From the NCBI RefSeq assembly GCF_009914755.1, contig NC_060944.1: DNA of 64,000 nucleotides; one strand, 5' to 3'. Within the stretch, counting starts at the first letter, position 1. Every line of letters begins with the position of its first letter. This stretch comes from the human T2T-CHM13v2.0 reference genome, Homo sapiens. A program made the translations under genes and the position numbers. The notes under the pieces were generated by a model. That model did not search any database, was not told the DNA's origin, and saw only the letters and a program-made list of their open reading frames with translations. Below, piece after piece: positions 14,401 to 28,998 of the stretch.

Positions 14401-17400
14401 ACTTTGTGATGTTTGCATTCAAGTCACAGAATTGAACACTCCCTTTCACAGAGCAGGTTTGAAACACTCTTTTTGTAGTGTCTGTAAGTGAACATTTGGA
14501 TTGCTTTCAGGCCTAAGGTGAAAAAGGAAATATCTTCCCATAAAAACTAGACAGAAGCATTCTCAGAAACTTGTTTGTGATGTGTGCCCTCTACTGACAG
14601 AGTTGAACCTTTCTTTGCAAAGAGCAGTTTTGAAACACTCTTTTTGTAGAATCTGCAAGAGGATATTTGGATAGCTTTGAGGATTTCTTGGGAAACGGGA
14701 ATGTCTTCAGATAAACTCTAGACAGAAGCATTCTCAGAAACTTCTTTGGGATGTTTCAATTGAAGTCACAGTGTTGAACATTCCCTTTCACAGAGCAGGT
14801 TTGAAACACTCTTTTTGTAGTGTCTATAAGTGAATATTTGGCGGGCTTTCAGGCCTAAGGTGAAAAAGGAAATATCTTCCCATAAAAACTAGACAGAAGC
14901 ATTCTCAGAAACTTGTTTGTGATGTGTGCCCTCTACTGACAGAGTTGAACCTTTCTTTGCAAAGAGCAGCTTTGAAACACTCTTTTTGTAGAATCTGCAA
15001 GAGGATATTTGGATAGCTTTGAGGATTTCGTTGGAAACGGGTATATCTTCAGATAAACTCTAGACAGAAGCATTCTCAGAAACTTCTTTGGGATGTTGCA
15101 TTCAAGTCACAGAGTAGAACATTCCCATTCATAGAGCAGATTTGAAACACTCTTTTTGTAGTATCTGGAAGTGGACATTTGGAGCGCTTTCAGGCCTATG
15201 TTGAAAAAGGAAATATCTTCCCATAAAAACTAGACGGAAGCATTCTCAGAAACTTACTTGTGATGTGTTTGCTCAACTAACAGAATTGAACCATCGTTTT
15301 GAAGGAGCAGTTTTGAAACACTGTTTTCGTGGAATCTGCAAGTGGATATTTGGCTAGCTTTGAGGATTTCGTTGGAAACGGGATTACATATAAAAAGGAG
15401 ACAGCAGCATTCTCAGAAACTTCTTTGTGATGTCTGCATTCAATTCACAGTGTTGAGCATTCCCTTTCATAGAGCAGGTTGGAAACACTCTTTTTGTAGT
15501 ATCTGGATGAGGACATTTGGAGCGCTTTCAGGCCTATGGTGAAAAAGGAAATATCTTCCCGTAAAAACTAGACAGAAGCATTCTCAGAAGTTTATTTGTG
15601 ATGTGTGCCCTCAACTAACAGAGTTGAACCTTTCTTTTGATAGAGCAGTTTTGAAACACTCTTTTTGTAAAATCTGCAAGAGGATATTTGGATAGCTTTG
15701 AGGATTTCATTGCAAACGGGAATGGCTTCATATAAACTCTAGACAGAAGCATTCTCAGAAACTTCTTTGGGATGTTTCGATTGAAGTCCCAGTGTTGAAC
15801 ATTCCCTTTTATAGAGCAGGTTGGAAACACTCTTTCTGCATTCCCTGGAAGTGGACATTTGGAGCGCTTTCAGGACGACGGTGAAAATGGAAATATCTTC
15901 CAATAAAATCTAGATAGAAGCAACGTCAGAAACTTTTATGTGATGGATCTACTCAGCTAAGAGAGTTGAACCTTTCTTTTGAGAGAGCAGTTTTGCAACA
16001 CTCTTTTTGTGGAATATGCAAGTGGATATTAGGGCAGCTTTGAGGATTTCGTTGGAAACGGGAATACATGTAAAAAGCAGACAGCAGCATTCTCAGAAAC
16101 TTCTTTGTGATGTTTGCATTGAAGTCACAGAGTTGAACATTCCCTTTGAGAGAGCAGGTTTGAAACACGCCTTTTGTCATATCTGGAAGTGTCCATTCGG
16201 AGCGCATTCAGGCTTGTGTTGAAAAAGGAAATATCCTCCCATAAAAACTATACAGAAGCATTCTCAGAAACATATTTGTGATGTATGTACTCAACTAACG
16301 GAACTAAACCATCGTTTTGAAGGAGCAGTTTTGAAACACTGTTTTTGCGGAATCTGCAAGTGGATATTTGGCTAGCTGGGAGGATTTCGTTGGAAACCGG
16401 ATTACATACAAAAAGCAGAGAGCAGCATTCTCAGAAACTTCTTTGTGATGTTTGCATTCAAGTCACAGAGTTGAACATTCCCTTTCATAGAGCAGGTTTG
16501 AAACACTCTTTTTGTAGTATCTGGATGTGGACATTTGGATCGCTTTCAGGCCTATGGTGAAAAAGGAAATATCTTCCCATGAAAACTAGACAGAAGCATT
16601 CTCAGAAACTTATTTGTGATGTGTGCCCTCAACTGACAGTGTTGAACCTTTGTTTTGATAGAGCAGTTCTGAAACACACTTTTTGTAATATCTGCAAGAG
16701 GATATTTGGATAGCTTTGAGGATTTCGTTGGAAACGGGAATGTCTTCATGTAAACTCTAGACAGAAGCATTCTCAGAAACTGCTTTGGGATGTTTCAATT
16801 GAAGTCCCAGTGTTGAACATTCCCTTTCATAGAGCAGGTTTGAAACACTCTTTTTGTACTATCTGGAAGTGGACATTTGGAGCGCTTTCAGGTCTACGGT
16901 GAAAAAGGAGATATCTTCCAATAAAAACTAGATAGAAGCAATGTCAGAACTTTTTTCATGATGTATCTACTCAGCAAACAGAGTTGAACCTTTCTTTTGA
17001 GAGAGCAGTTTTGAAACACTCTTTTTGTGGAATATGCAAGTGGGTATTAGGCCAGCTTGGAGGATTTCGTTGGAAACGGGAATACGTATAAAAAGCAGAC
17101 AGCAGCATTGTCAGAAACTACTTTGTGATGTTTGCATTCAAGTCACAGAATTGAACACTCCCTTTCACAGAGCAGGTTTGAAACACTCTTTTTGTAGTGT
17201 CTGTAAGTGAACATTTGGATTGCTTTCAGGCCTAAGGTGAAAAAGGATATATCTTCCCATAAAAACTAGACAGAAGCATTCTCAGAAACTTGTTTGTGAT
17301 GTGTGCCCTCTACTGACAGAGTTGAACCTTTCTTTGTAAAGAGCAGTTTTGAAACACTCTTTTTGTAGAATCTGCAAGAGGATATTTGGATAGCTTTGAG

Positions 17401-20400
17401 GATTTCTTGGGAAACGGGAATGTCTTCAGATAAACTCTAGACAGAAGCATTCTCAGAAACTTCGTTGGGATGTTTCAATGGAAGTCACAGTGTTGAACAT
17501 TCCCTTTCACAGAGCAGGTTTGAAACACTCTTTTTGTAGTGTCTATAAGTGAACATTTGGCGTGCTTTCAGGCCTAACGTGAAAAAGGAAATATCTTCCC
17601 ATAAAAACTAGACAGAAGCATTCTCAGAAACTTGTTCGTGATGTGTGCCCTCTACTGACAGAGTTGAACCTTTCTTTGCAAAGAGCAGCTTTGAAACACT
17701 CTTTTTGTAGAATCTGCAAGAGGATATTTGGATAGCTTTGAGGATTTCGTTGGAAACGGGTATGTCTTCAGATAAACTCTAGACAGAAGCATTCTCAGAA
17801 ACTTCTTTGGGATGTTGCATACAAGTCACAGAGTAGAACATTCCCATTCATAGAGCAGATTTGAAACACTCTTTTTGTAGTATCTGGAAGTGGACATTTG
17901 GAGCGCTTTCAGGCCTATGTTGAAAAAGGAAATATCTTCCCATAAAAACTAGACCGAAGCATTCTCAGAAACTTACTTGTGATGTGTTTGCTCAACTAAC
18001 AGAATTGAACCATCGTTTTGAAGGAGCAGTTTTGAAACACTGTTTTCGTGGAATCTGCAAGTGGATATTTGGCTAGCTTTGAGGATTTCGTTGGAAACGG
18101 GATTACATATAAAAAGGAGACAGCAGCATTCTCAGAAACTTCTTTGTGATGTCTGCATTCAAGTCACAGAGTTGAGCATTCCCTTTCATAGAGCAGGTTG
18201 GAAACACTCTTTTTGTAGTATCTGGATGAGGACATTTGGAGCGCTTTCAGGCGTATGGTGAAAAAGGAAATATCTTCCCGTAAAAACTAGACAGAAGCAT
18301 TCTCAGAAATTTATTTGTGATGTGTGCCCTCAACTAACAGAGTTGAACCTTTCTTTTGATAGAGCAGTTTTGAAACACTCTTTTTGTAAAATCTGCAAGA
18401 GGATATTTGGATAGCTTTGAGGATTTCGTTGCAAACGGGAATGGCTTCATATAAACTCTAGACAGAAGCATTCTCAGAAACTTCTTTGGGATGTTTCGAT
18501 TGAAGTCCCAGTGTTGAACATTCCCTTTTATAGAGCAGGTTGGAAACACTCTTTCTGCATTCCCTGGAAGTGGACATTTGGAGCGCTTTCAGGACGACGG
18601 TGAAAATGGAAATATCTTCCAATAAAATCTAGATAGAAGCAACGTCAGAAACTTTTATGTGATGGATCTACTCAGCTAACAGAGTTGAACCTTTCTTTTG
18701 AGAGAGCAGTTTTGCAACACTCTTTTTGTGGAATATGCAAGTGGATATTAGGGCAGCTTTGAGGATTTCGTTGGAAACGGGAATACATGTAAAAAGCAGA
18801 CAGCAGCATTCTCAGAAACTTCTTTGTGATGTTTGCATTGAAGTCACAGAGTTGAACATTCCATTTGAGAGAGCAGGATTGAAACACGCCTTTTGTCATA
18901 TCTGGAAGTGTCCATTCGGAGCGCATTCAGGCTTGTGTTGAAAAAGGAAATATCCTCCCATAAAAACTATACAGAAGCATTCTCAGAAACTTATCTGTGA
19001 TGTATGTACTCAACTAACAGAACTAAACCATCGTTTTGAAGGAGCAGTTTTGAAACACTGTTTTTGCGGAATCTGCAAGTGGATATTTGGCTAGCTGGGA
19101 GGATTTCGTTGGAAACGGGATTACATACAAAAAGCAGAGAGCAGCATTCTCAGAAACTTCTTTGTGATGTTTGCATTCAAGTCACAGAGTTGAACATTCC
19201 CTTTCATAGAGCAGGTTTGAAACACTCTTTTTGTAGTATCTGGATGTGGACATTTGGATCGCTTTCAGGCCTATGGTGAAAAAGGAAATATCTTCCTATG
19301 AAAACTAGACAGAAGCATTCTCAGAAACTTATTTGTGATGTGTGCCCTCAACTGACAGTGTTGAACCTTTGTTTTGATAGAGCAGTTCTGAAACACACTT
19401 TTTGTAATATCTGCAAGAGGATATTTGGATAGCTTTGAGGATTTCGTTGGAAACGGGAATGTCTTCATGTAAACTCTAGACAGAAGCATTCTCAGAAACT
19501 GCTTTGGGATGTTTCAATTGAAGTCCCAGTGTTGAACATTCCCTTTCATAGAGCAGGTTTGAAACACTCTTTTTGTACTATCTGGAAGTGGACATTTGGA
19601 GCGCTTTCAGGTCTACGGTGAAAAAGGAGATATCTTCCAATAAAAACTAGATAGAAGCAATGTCAGAACTTTTTTCATGATGTATCTACTCAGCAAACAG
19701 AGTTGAACCTTTCTTTTGAGAGAGCAGTTTTGAAACACTCTTTTTGTGGAATATGCAAGTGGGTATTAGGCCAGCTTGGAGGATTTCGTTGGAAACGGGA
19801 ATACGTATAAAAAGCAGACAGCAGCATTGTCAGAAACTACTTTGTGATGTTTGCATTCAAGTCACAGAATTGAACACTCCCTTTCACAGAGCAGGTTTGA
19901 AACACTCTTTTTGTAGTGTCTGTAAGTGAACATTTGGATTGCTTTCAGGCCTAAGGTGAAAAAGGAAATATCTTCCCATAAAAACTAGACAGAAGCATTC
20001 TCAGAAACTTGTTTGTGATGTGTGCCCTCTACTGACAGAGTTGAACCTTTCTTTGCAAAGAGCAGTTTTGAAACACTCTTTTTGTAGAATCTGCAAGAGG
20101 ATATTTGGATAGCTTTGAGGATTTCTTGGGAAACGGGAATGTCTTCAGATAAACTCTAGACAGAAGCATTCTCAGAAACTTCTTTGGGATGTTTCAATTG
20201 AAGTCACAGTGTTGAACATTCCCTTTCACAGAGCAGGTTTGAAACACTCTTTTTGTAGTGTCTATAAGTGAACATTTGGCGTGCTTTCAGGCCTAACGTG
20301 AAAAAGGAAATATCTTCCCATAAAAACTAGACAGAAGCATTCTCAGAAACTTGTTCGTGATGTGTGCCCTCTACTGACAGAGTTGAACCTTTCTTTGCAA

Positions 20401-23400
20401 AGAGCAGCTTTGAAACACTCTTTTTGTAGAATCTGCAAGAGGATATTTGGATAGCTTGGAGGATTTCGTTGGAAACGGGTATGTCTTCAGATAAACTCTA
20501 GACAGAAGCATTCTCAGAAACTTCTTTGGGATGTTGCATACAAGTCACAGAGTAGAACATTCCCATTCATAGAGCAGATTTGAAACACTCTTTTTGTAGT
20601 ATCTGGAAGTGGACATTTGGAGCGCTTTCAGGCCTATGTTGAAAAAGGAAATATCTTCCCATAAAAACTAGACCGAAGCATTCTCAGAAACTTACTTGTG
20701 ATGTGTTTGCTCAACTAACAGAATTGAACCATCGTTTTGAAGGAGCAGTTTTGAAACACTGTTTTCGTGGAATCTGCAAGTGGATATTTGGCTAGCTTTG
20801 AGGATTTCGTTGGAAACGGGATTACATATAAAAAGGAGACAGCAGCATTCTCAGAAACTTCTTTGTGATGTCTGCATTCAAGTCACAGGGTTGAGCATTC
20901 CCTTTCATAGAGCAGGTTGGAAACACTCTTTTTGTAGTATCTGGATGAGGACATTTGGAGCGCTTTCAGGCGTATGGTGAAAAAGGAAATATCTTCCCGT
21001 AAAAACTAGACAGAAGCATTCTCAGAAATTTATTTGTGATGTGTGCCCTCAACTAACAGAGTTGAACCTTTCTTTTGATAGAGCAGTTTTGAAACACTCT
21101 TTTTGTAAAATCTGCAAGAGGATATTTGGATAGCTTTGAGGATTTCGTTGCAAACGGGAATGGCTTCATATAAACTCTAGACAGAAGCATTCTCAGAAAC
21201 TTCTTTGGGATGTTTCGATTGAAGTCCCAGTGTTGAACATTCCCTTTTATAGAGCAGGTTGGAAACACTCTTTCTGCATTCCCTGGAAGTGGACATTTGG
21301 AGCGCTTTCAGGACGACGGTGAAAATGGAAATATCTTCCAATAAAATCTAGATAGAAGCAACGTCAGAAACTTTTATGTGATGGATCTACTCAGCTAACA
21401 GAGTTGAACCTTTCTTTTGAGAGAGCAGTTTTGCAACACTCTTTTTGTGGAATATGCAAGTGGATATTAGGGCAGCTTTGAGGATTTCGTTGGAAACGGG
21501 AATACATGTAAAAAGCAGACAGCAGCATTCTCAGAAACTTCTTTGTGATGTTTGCATTGAAGTCACAGAGTTGAACATTCCATTTGAGAGAGCAGGATTG
21601 AAACACGCCTTTTGTCATATCTGGAAGTGTCCATTCGGAGCGCATTCAGGCTTGTGTTGAAAAAGGAAATATCCTCCCATAAAAACTATACAGAAGCATT
21701 CTCAGAAACTTATCTGTGATGTATGTACTCAACTAACAGAACTAAACCATCGTTTTGAAGGAGCAGTTTTGAAACACTGTTTTTGCGGAATCTGCAAGTG
21801 GATATTTGGCTAGCTGGGAGGATTTCGTTGGAAACGGGATTACATACAAAAAGCAGAGAGCAGCATTCTCAGAAACTTCTTTGTGATGTTTGCATTCAAG
21901 TCACAGAGTTGAACATTCCCTTTCATAGAGCAGGTTTGAAACACTCTTTTTGTAGTATCTGGATGTGGACATTTGGATCGCTTTCAGGCCTATGGTGAAA
22001 AAGGAAATATCTTCCTATGAAAACTAGACAGAAGCATTCTCAGAAACTTATTTGTGATGTGTGCCCTCAACTGACAGTGTTGAACCTTTGTTTTGATAGA
22101 GCAGTTCTGAAACACACTTTTTGTAATATCTGCAAGAGGATATTTGGATAGCTTTGAGGATTTCGTTGGAAACGGGAATGTCTTCATGTAAACTCTAGAC
22201 AGAAGCATTCTCAGAAACTGCTTTGGGATGTTTCAATTGAAGTCCCAGTGTTGAACATTCCCTTTCATAGAGCAGGTTTGAAACACTCTTTTTGTACTAT
22301 CTGGAAGTGGACATTTGGAGCGCTTTCAGGTCTACGGTGAAAAAGGAGATATCTTCCAATAAAAACTAGATAGAAGCAATGTCAGAACTTTTTTCATGAT
22401 GTATCTACTCAGCAAACAGAGTTGAACCTTTCTTTTGAGAGAGCAGTTTTGAAACACTCTTTTTGTGGAATATGCAAGTGGGTATTAGGCCAGCTTGGAG
22501 GATTTCGTTGGAAACGGGAATACGTATAAAAAGCAGACAGCAGCATTGTCAGAAACTACTTTGTGATGTTTGCATTCAAGTCACAGAATTGAACACTCCC
22601 TTTCACAGAGCAGGTTTGAAACACTCTTTTTGTAGTGTCTGTAAGTGAACATTTGGATTGCTTTCAGGCCTAAGGTGAAAAAGGAAATATCTTCCCATAA
22701 AAACTAGACAGAAGCATTCTCAGAAACTTGTTTGTGATGTGTGCCCTCTACTGACAGAGTTGAACCTTTCTTTGCAAAGAGCAGTTTTGAAACACTCTTT
22801 TTGTAGAATCTGCAAGAGGATATTTGGATAGCTTTGAGGATTTCTTGGGAAACGGGAATGTCTTCAGATAAACTCTAGACAGAAGCATTCTCAGAAACTT
22901 CTTTGGGATGTTTCAATTGAAGTCACAGTGTTGAACATTCCCTTTCACAGAGCAGGTTTGAAACACTCTTTTTGTAGTGTCTATAAGTGAACATTTGGCG
23001 TGCTTTCAGGCCTAACGTGAAAAAGGAAATATCTTCCCATAAAAACTAGACAGAAGCATTCTCAGAAACTTGTTCGTGATGTGTGCCCTCTACTGACAGA
23101 GTTGAACCTTTCTTTGCAAAGAGCAGCTTTGAAACACTCTTTTTGTAGAATCTGCAAGAGGATATTTGGATAGCTTGGAGGATTTCGTTGGAAACGGGTA
23201 TGTCTTCAGATAAACTCTAGACAGAAGCATTCTCAGAAACTTCTTTGGGATGTTGCATACAAGTCACAGAGTAGAACATTCCCATTCATAGAGCAGATTT
23301 GAAACACTCTTTTTGTAGTATCTGGAAGTGGACATTTGGAGCGCTTTCAGGCCTATGTTGAAAAAGGAAATATCTTCCCATAAAAACTAGACCGAAGCAT

Positions 23401-24582
23401 TCTCAGAAACTTACTTGTGATGTGTTTGCTCAACTAACAGAATTGAACCATCGTTTTGAAGGAGCAGTTTTGAAACACTGTTTTCGTGGAATCTGCAAGT
23501 GGATATTTGGCTAGCTTTGAGGATTTCGTTGGAAACGGGATTACATATAAAAAGGAGACAGCAGCATTCTCAGAAACTTCTTTGTGATGTCTGCATTCAA
23601 GTCACAGGGTTGAGCATTCCCTTTCATAGAGCAGGTTGGAAACACTCTTTTTGTAGTATCTGGATGAGGACATTTGGAGCGCTTTCAGGCGTATGGTGAA
23701 AAAGGAAATATCTTCCCGTAAAAACTAGACAGAAGCATTCTCAGAAATTTATTTGTGATGTGTGCCCTCAACTAACAGAGTTGAACCTTTCTTTTGATAG
23801 AGCAGTTTTGAAACACTCTTTTTGTAAAATCTGCAAGAGGATATTTGGATAGCTTTGAGGATTTCGTTGCAAACGGGAATGGCTTCATATAAACTCTAGA
23901 CAGAAGCATTCTCAGACACTTCTTTGGGATGTTTCGATTGAAGTCCCAGTGTTGAACATTCCCTTTTATAGAGCAGGTTGGAAACACTCTTTCTGCATTC
24001 CCTGGAAGTGGACATTTGGAGCGCTTTCAGGACGACGGTGAAAATGGAAATATCTTCCAATAAAATCTAGATAGAAGCAACGTCAGAAACTTTTATGTGA
24101 TGGATCTACTCAGCTAACAGAGTTGAACCTTTCTTTTGAGAGAGCAGTTTTGCAACACTCTTTTTGTGGAATATGCAAGTGGATATTAGGGCAGCTTTGA
24201 GGATTTCGTTGGAAACGGGAATACATGTAAAAAGCAGACAGCAGCATTCTCAGAAACTTCTTTGTGATGTTTGCATTGAAGTCACAGAGTTGAACATTCC
24301 ATTTGAGAGAGCAGGATTGAAACACGCCTTTTGTCATATCTGGAAGTGTCCATTCGGAGCGCATTCAGGCTTGTGTTGAAAAAGGAAATATCCTCCCATA
24401 AAAACTATACAGAAGCATTCTCAGAAACTTATTTGTGATGTATGTACTCAACTAACAGAACTAAACCATCGTTTTGAAGGAGCAGTTTTGAAACACTGTT
24501 TTTGCGGAATCTGCAACTGGATATTTGGCTAGCTGGGAGGATTTCGTTGGAAACGGGATTACATACAAAAAGCAGAGAGCAG

Positions 24583-26279
24583 CATTCTCAGAAACTTCTT
24601 TGTGATGTTTGCATTCAAGTCACAGAGTTGAACATTCCCTTTCATAGAGCAGGTTTGAAACACTCTTTTTGTAATATCTGGATGTGGACATTTGGATCGC
24701 TTTCAGGCCTATGGTGAAAAAGGAAATATCTTCCCATGAAAACTAGACAGAAGCATTCTCAGAAACTTATTTGTGATGTGTGCCCTCAACTGACAGTGTT
24801 GAACCTTTGTTTTGATAGAGCAGTTCTGAAACACACTTTTTGTAAAATCTGCAAGAGGATATTTGGATAGCTTTGAGGATTTCGTTGGAAACGGGAATGT
24901 CTTCATGTAAACTCTAGACAGAAGCATTCTCAGAAACTTCTTTGGGATGTTGCATACAAGTCACAGAGTAGAACATTCCCATTCATAGAGCAGATTTGAA
25001 ACACTCTTTTTGTAGTATCTGGAAGTGGACATTTGGAGCGCTTTCAGGCCTATGTTGAAAAAGGAAATATCTTCCCATAAAAACTAGATGGAAGCATTCT
25101 CAGAAACTTACTTGTGATGTGTTTGCTCAACTAACAGAATTGAACCATCGTTTTGAAGGAGCAGTTTTGAAACACTGTTTTCGTGGAATCTGCAAGTGGA
25201 TATTTGGCTAGCTTTGAGGATTTCGTTGGAAACGGGATTACATATAAAAAGGAGACAGCAGCATTCTCAGAAACTTCTTTGTGATGTCTGCATTCAAGTC
25301 ACAGGGTTGAGCATTCCCTTTCATAGAGCAGGTTGGAAACACTCTTTTTGTAGTATCTGGATGAGGACATTTGGAGCGCTTTCAGGCGTATGGTGAAAAA
25401 GGAAATATCTTCCCGTAAAAACTAGACAGAAGCATTCTCAGAAATTTATTTGTGATGTGTGCCCTCAACTAACAGAGTTGAACCTTTCTTTTGATAGAGC
25501 AGTTTTGAAACACTCTTTTTGTAAAATCTGCAAGAGGATATTTGGATAGCTTTGAGGATTTCGTTGCAAACGGGAATGGCTTCATATAAACTCTAGACAG
25601 AAGCATTCTCAGAAACTTCTTTGGGATGTTTCGATTGAAGTCCCAGTGTTGAACATTCCCTTTTATAGAGCAGGTTGGAAACACTCTTTCTGCATTCCCT
25701 GGAAGTGGACATTTGGAGCGCTTTCAGGACGACGGTGAAAATGGAAATATCTTCCAATAAAATCTAGATAGAAGCAACGTCAGAAACTTTTATGTGATGG
25801 ATCTACTCAGCTAACAGAGTTGAACCTTTCTTTTGAGAGAGCAGTTTTGCAACACTCTTTTTGTGGAATATGCAAGTGGATATTAGGGCAGCTTTGAGGA
25901 TTTCGTTGGAAACGGGAATACATGTAAAAAGCAGACAGCAGCATTCTCAGAAACTTCTTTGTGATGTTTGCATTGAAGTCACAGAGTTGAACATTCCCTT
26001 TGAGAGAGCAGGTTTGAAACACGCCTTTTGTCATATCTGGAAGTGTCCATTCGGAGCGCATTCAGGCTTGTGTTGAAAAAGGAAATATCCTCCCATAAAA
26101 ACTATACAGAAGCATTCTCAGAAACATATTTGTGATGTATGTACTCAACTAACGGAACTAAACCATCGTTTTGAAGGAGCAGTTTTGAAACACTGTTTTT
26201 GCGGAATCTGCAAGTGGATATTTGGCTAGCTGGGAGGATTTCGTTGGAAACCGGATTACATACAAAAAGCAGAGAGCAG
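24583..26279 (+). repeat. 10-mer HOR structural variant (monomers a,b,i-p; c-h deleted), 1,697 bp
   Basis: The monomer b end (TTCATGTAAACTCTAG) is followed directly by monomer i (TCTTTGGGATGTTGCATACAAG). ORF marker spacing 24502->26199 = 1,697 = 2,719-1,022. Confidence 0.96.
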
Positions 26280-28998
26280 CATTCTCAGAAACTTCTTTGT
26301 GATGTTTGCATTCAAGTCACAGAGTTGAACATTCCCTTTCATAGAGCAGGTTTGAAACACTCTTTTTGTAGTATCTGGATGTGGACATTTGGATCGCTTT
26401 CAGGCCTATGGTGAAAAAGGAAATATCTTCCCATGAAAACTAGACAGAAGCATTCTCAGAAACTTATTTGTGATGTGTGCCCTCAACTGACAGTGTTGAA
26501 CCTTTGTTTTGATAGAGCAGTTCTGAAACACACTTTTTGTAATATCTGCAAGAGGATATTTGGATAGCTTTGAGGATTTCGTTGGAAACGGGAATGTCTT
26601 CATGTAAACTCTAGACAGAAGCATTCTCAGAAACTGCTTTGGGATGTTTCAATTGAAGTCCCAGTGTTGAACATTCCCTTTCATAGAGCAGGTTTGAAAC
26701 ACTCTTTTTGTACTATCTGGAAGTGGACATTTGGAGCGCTTTCAGGTCTACGGTGAAAAAGGAGATATCTTCCAATAAAAACTAGATAGAAGCAATGTCA
26801 GAACTTTTTTCATGATGTATCTACTCAGCAAACAGAGTTGAACCTTTCTTTTGAGAGAGCAGTTTTGAAACACTCTTTTTGTGGAATATGCAAGTGGGTA
26901 TTAGGCCAGCTTGGAGGATTTCGTTGGAAACGGGAATACGTATAAAAAGCAGACAGCAGCATTGTCAGAAACTACTTTGTGATGTTTGCATTCAAGTCAC
27001 AGAATTGAACACTCCCTTTCACAGAGCAGGTTTGAAACACTCTTTTTGTAGTGTCTGTAAGTGAACATTTGGATTGCTTTCAGGCCTAAGGTGAAAAAGG
27101 AAATATCTTCCCATAAAAACTAGACAGAAGCATTCTCAGAAACTTGTTTGTGATGTGTGCCCTCTACTGACAGAGTTGAACCTTTCTTTGCAAAGAGCAG
27201 TTTTGAAACACTCTTTTTGTAGAATCTGCAAGAGGATATTTGGATAGCTTTGAGGATTTCTTGGGAAACGGGAATGTCTTCAGATAAACTCTAGACAGAA
27301 GCATTCTCAGAAACTTCTTTGGGATGTTTCAATTGAAGTCACAGTGTTGAACATTCCCTTTCACAGAGCAGGTTTGAAACACTCTTTTTGTAGTGTCTAT
27401 AAGTGAACATTTGGCGTGCTTTCAGGCCTAACGTGAAAAAGGAAATATCTTCCCATAAAAGCTAGACAGAAGCATTCTCAGAAACTTGTTTGTGATGTGT
27501 GCCCTCTACTGACAGAGTTGAACCTTTCTTTGCAAAGAGCAGCTTTGAAACACTCTTTTTGTAGAATCTGCAAGAGGATATTTGGATAGCTTTGAGGATT
27601 TCGTTGGAAACGGGTATGTCTTCAGATAAACTCTAGACAGAAGCATTCTCAGAAACTTCTTTGGGATGTTGCATTCAAGTCACAGAGTAGAACATTCCCA
27701 TTCATAGAGCAGATTTGAAACACTCTTTTTGTAGTATCTGGAAGTGGACATTTGGAGCGCTTTCAGGCCTAGGTTGAAAAAGGAAATATCTTCCCATAAA
27801 AACTAGACGGAAGCATTCTCAGAAACTTACTTGTGATGTGTTTGCTCAACTAACAGAATTGAACCATCGTTTTGAAGGAGCAGTTTTGAAACACTGTTTT
27901 CGTGGAATCTGCAAGTGGATATTTGGCTAGCTTTGAGGATTTCGTTGGAAACGGGATTACATATAAAAAGGAGACAGCAGCATTCTCAGAAACTTCTTTG
28001 TGATGTCTGCATTCAAGTCACAGAGTTGAGCATTCCCTTTCATAGAGCAGGTTGGAAACACTCTTTTTGTAGTATCTGGATGAGGACATTTGGAGCGCTT
28101 TCAGGCGTATGGTGAAAAAGGAAATATCTTCCCGTAAAAACTAGACAGAAGCATTCTCAGAAATTTATTTGTGATGTGTGCCCTCAACTAACAGAGTTGA
28201 ACCTTTCTTTTGATAGAGCAGTTTTGAAACACTCTTTTTGTAAAATCTGCAAGAGGATATTTGGATAGCTTTGAGGATTTCATTGCAAACGGGAATGGCT
28301 TCATATAAACTCTAGACAGAAGCATTCTCAGAAACTTCGTTGGGATGTTGCGATTGAAGTCCCAGTGTTGAACATTCCCTTTTATAGAGCAGGTTGGAAA
28401 CACTCTTTCTGCATTCCCTGGAAGTGGACATTTGGAGCGCTTTCAGGACGACGGTGAAAATGGAAATATCTTCCAATAAAATCTAGATAGAAGCAACGTC
28501 AGAAACTTTTATGTGATGGATCTACTCAGCTAACAGAGTTGAACCTTTCTTTTGAGAGAGCAGTTTTGCAACACTCTTTTTGTGGAATATGCAAGTGGAT
28601 ATTAGGGCAGCTTTGAGGATTTCGTTGGAAACGGGAATACATGTAAAAAGCAGACAGCAGCATTCTCAGAAACTTCTTTGTGATGTTTGCATTGAAGTCA
28701 CAGAGTTGAACATTCCCTTTGAGAGAGCAGGTTTGAAACACGCCTTTTGTCATATCTGGAAGTGTCCATTCGGAGCGCATTCAGGCTTGTGTTGAAAAAG
28801 GAAATATCCTCCCATAAAAACTAGACAGAAGCATTCTCAGAAACTTATCTGTGATGTATGTACTCAACTAACAGAACTAAACCATCGTTTTGAAGGAGCA
28901 GTTTTGAAACACTCTTTTTGCGGAATCTGCAAGTGGATATTTGGCTAGCTGGGAGGATTTCGTTGGAAACGGGATTACATACAAAAAGCAGACAGCAG
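26280..28998 (+). repeat. One canonical 16-mer HOR copy
   Basis: Marker spacing 26199->28918 = 2,719; all 16 monomers present. Confidence 0.96.

Larger units (their letters stand above)
111..24582 (+). repeat. Nine consecutive canonical 16-mer HOR copies
   Basis: Monomer-a starts at 111, 2830, 5549, 8268, 10987, 13707, 16426, 19145, 21864. All are 2,719 bp except 10987-13706 (2,720 bp, one extra T). Confidence 0.97.
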
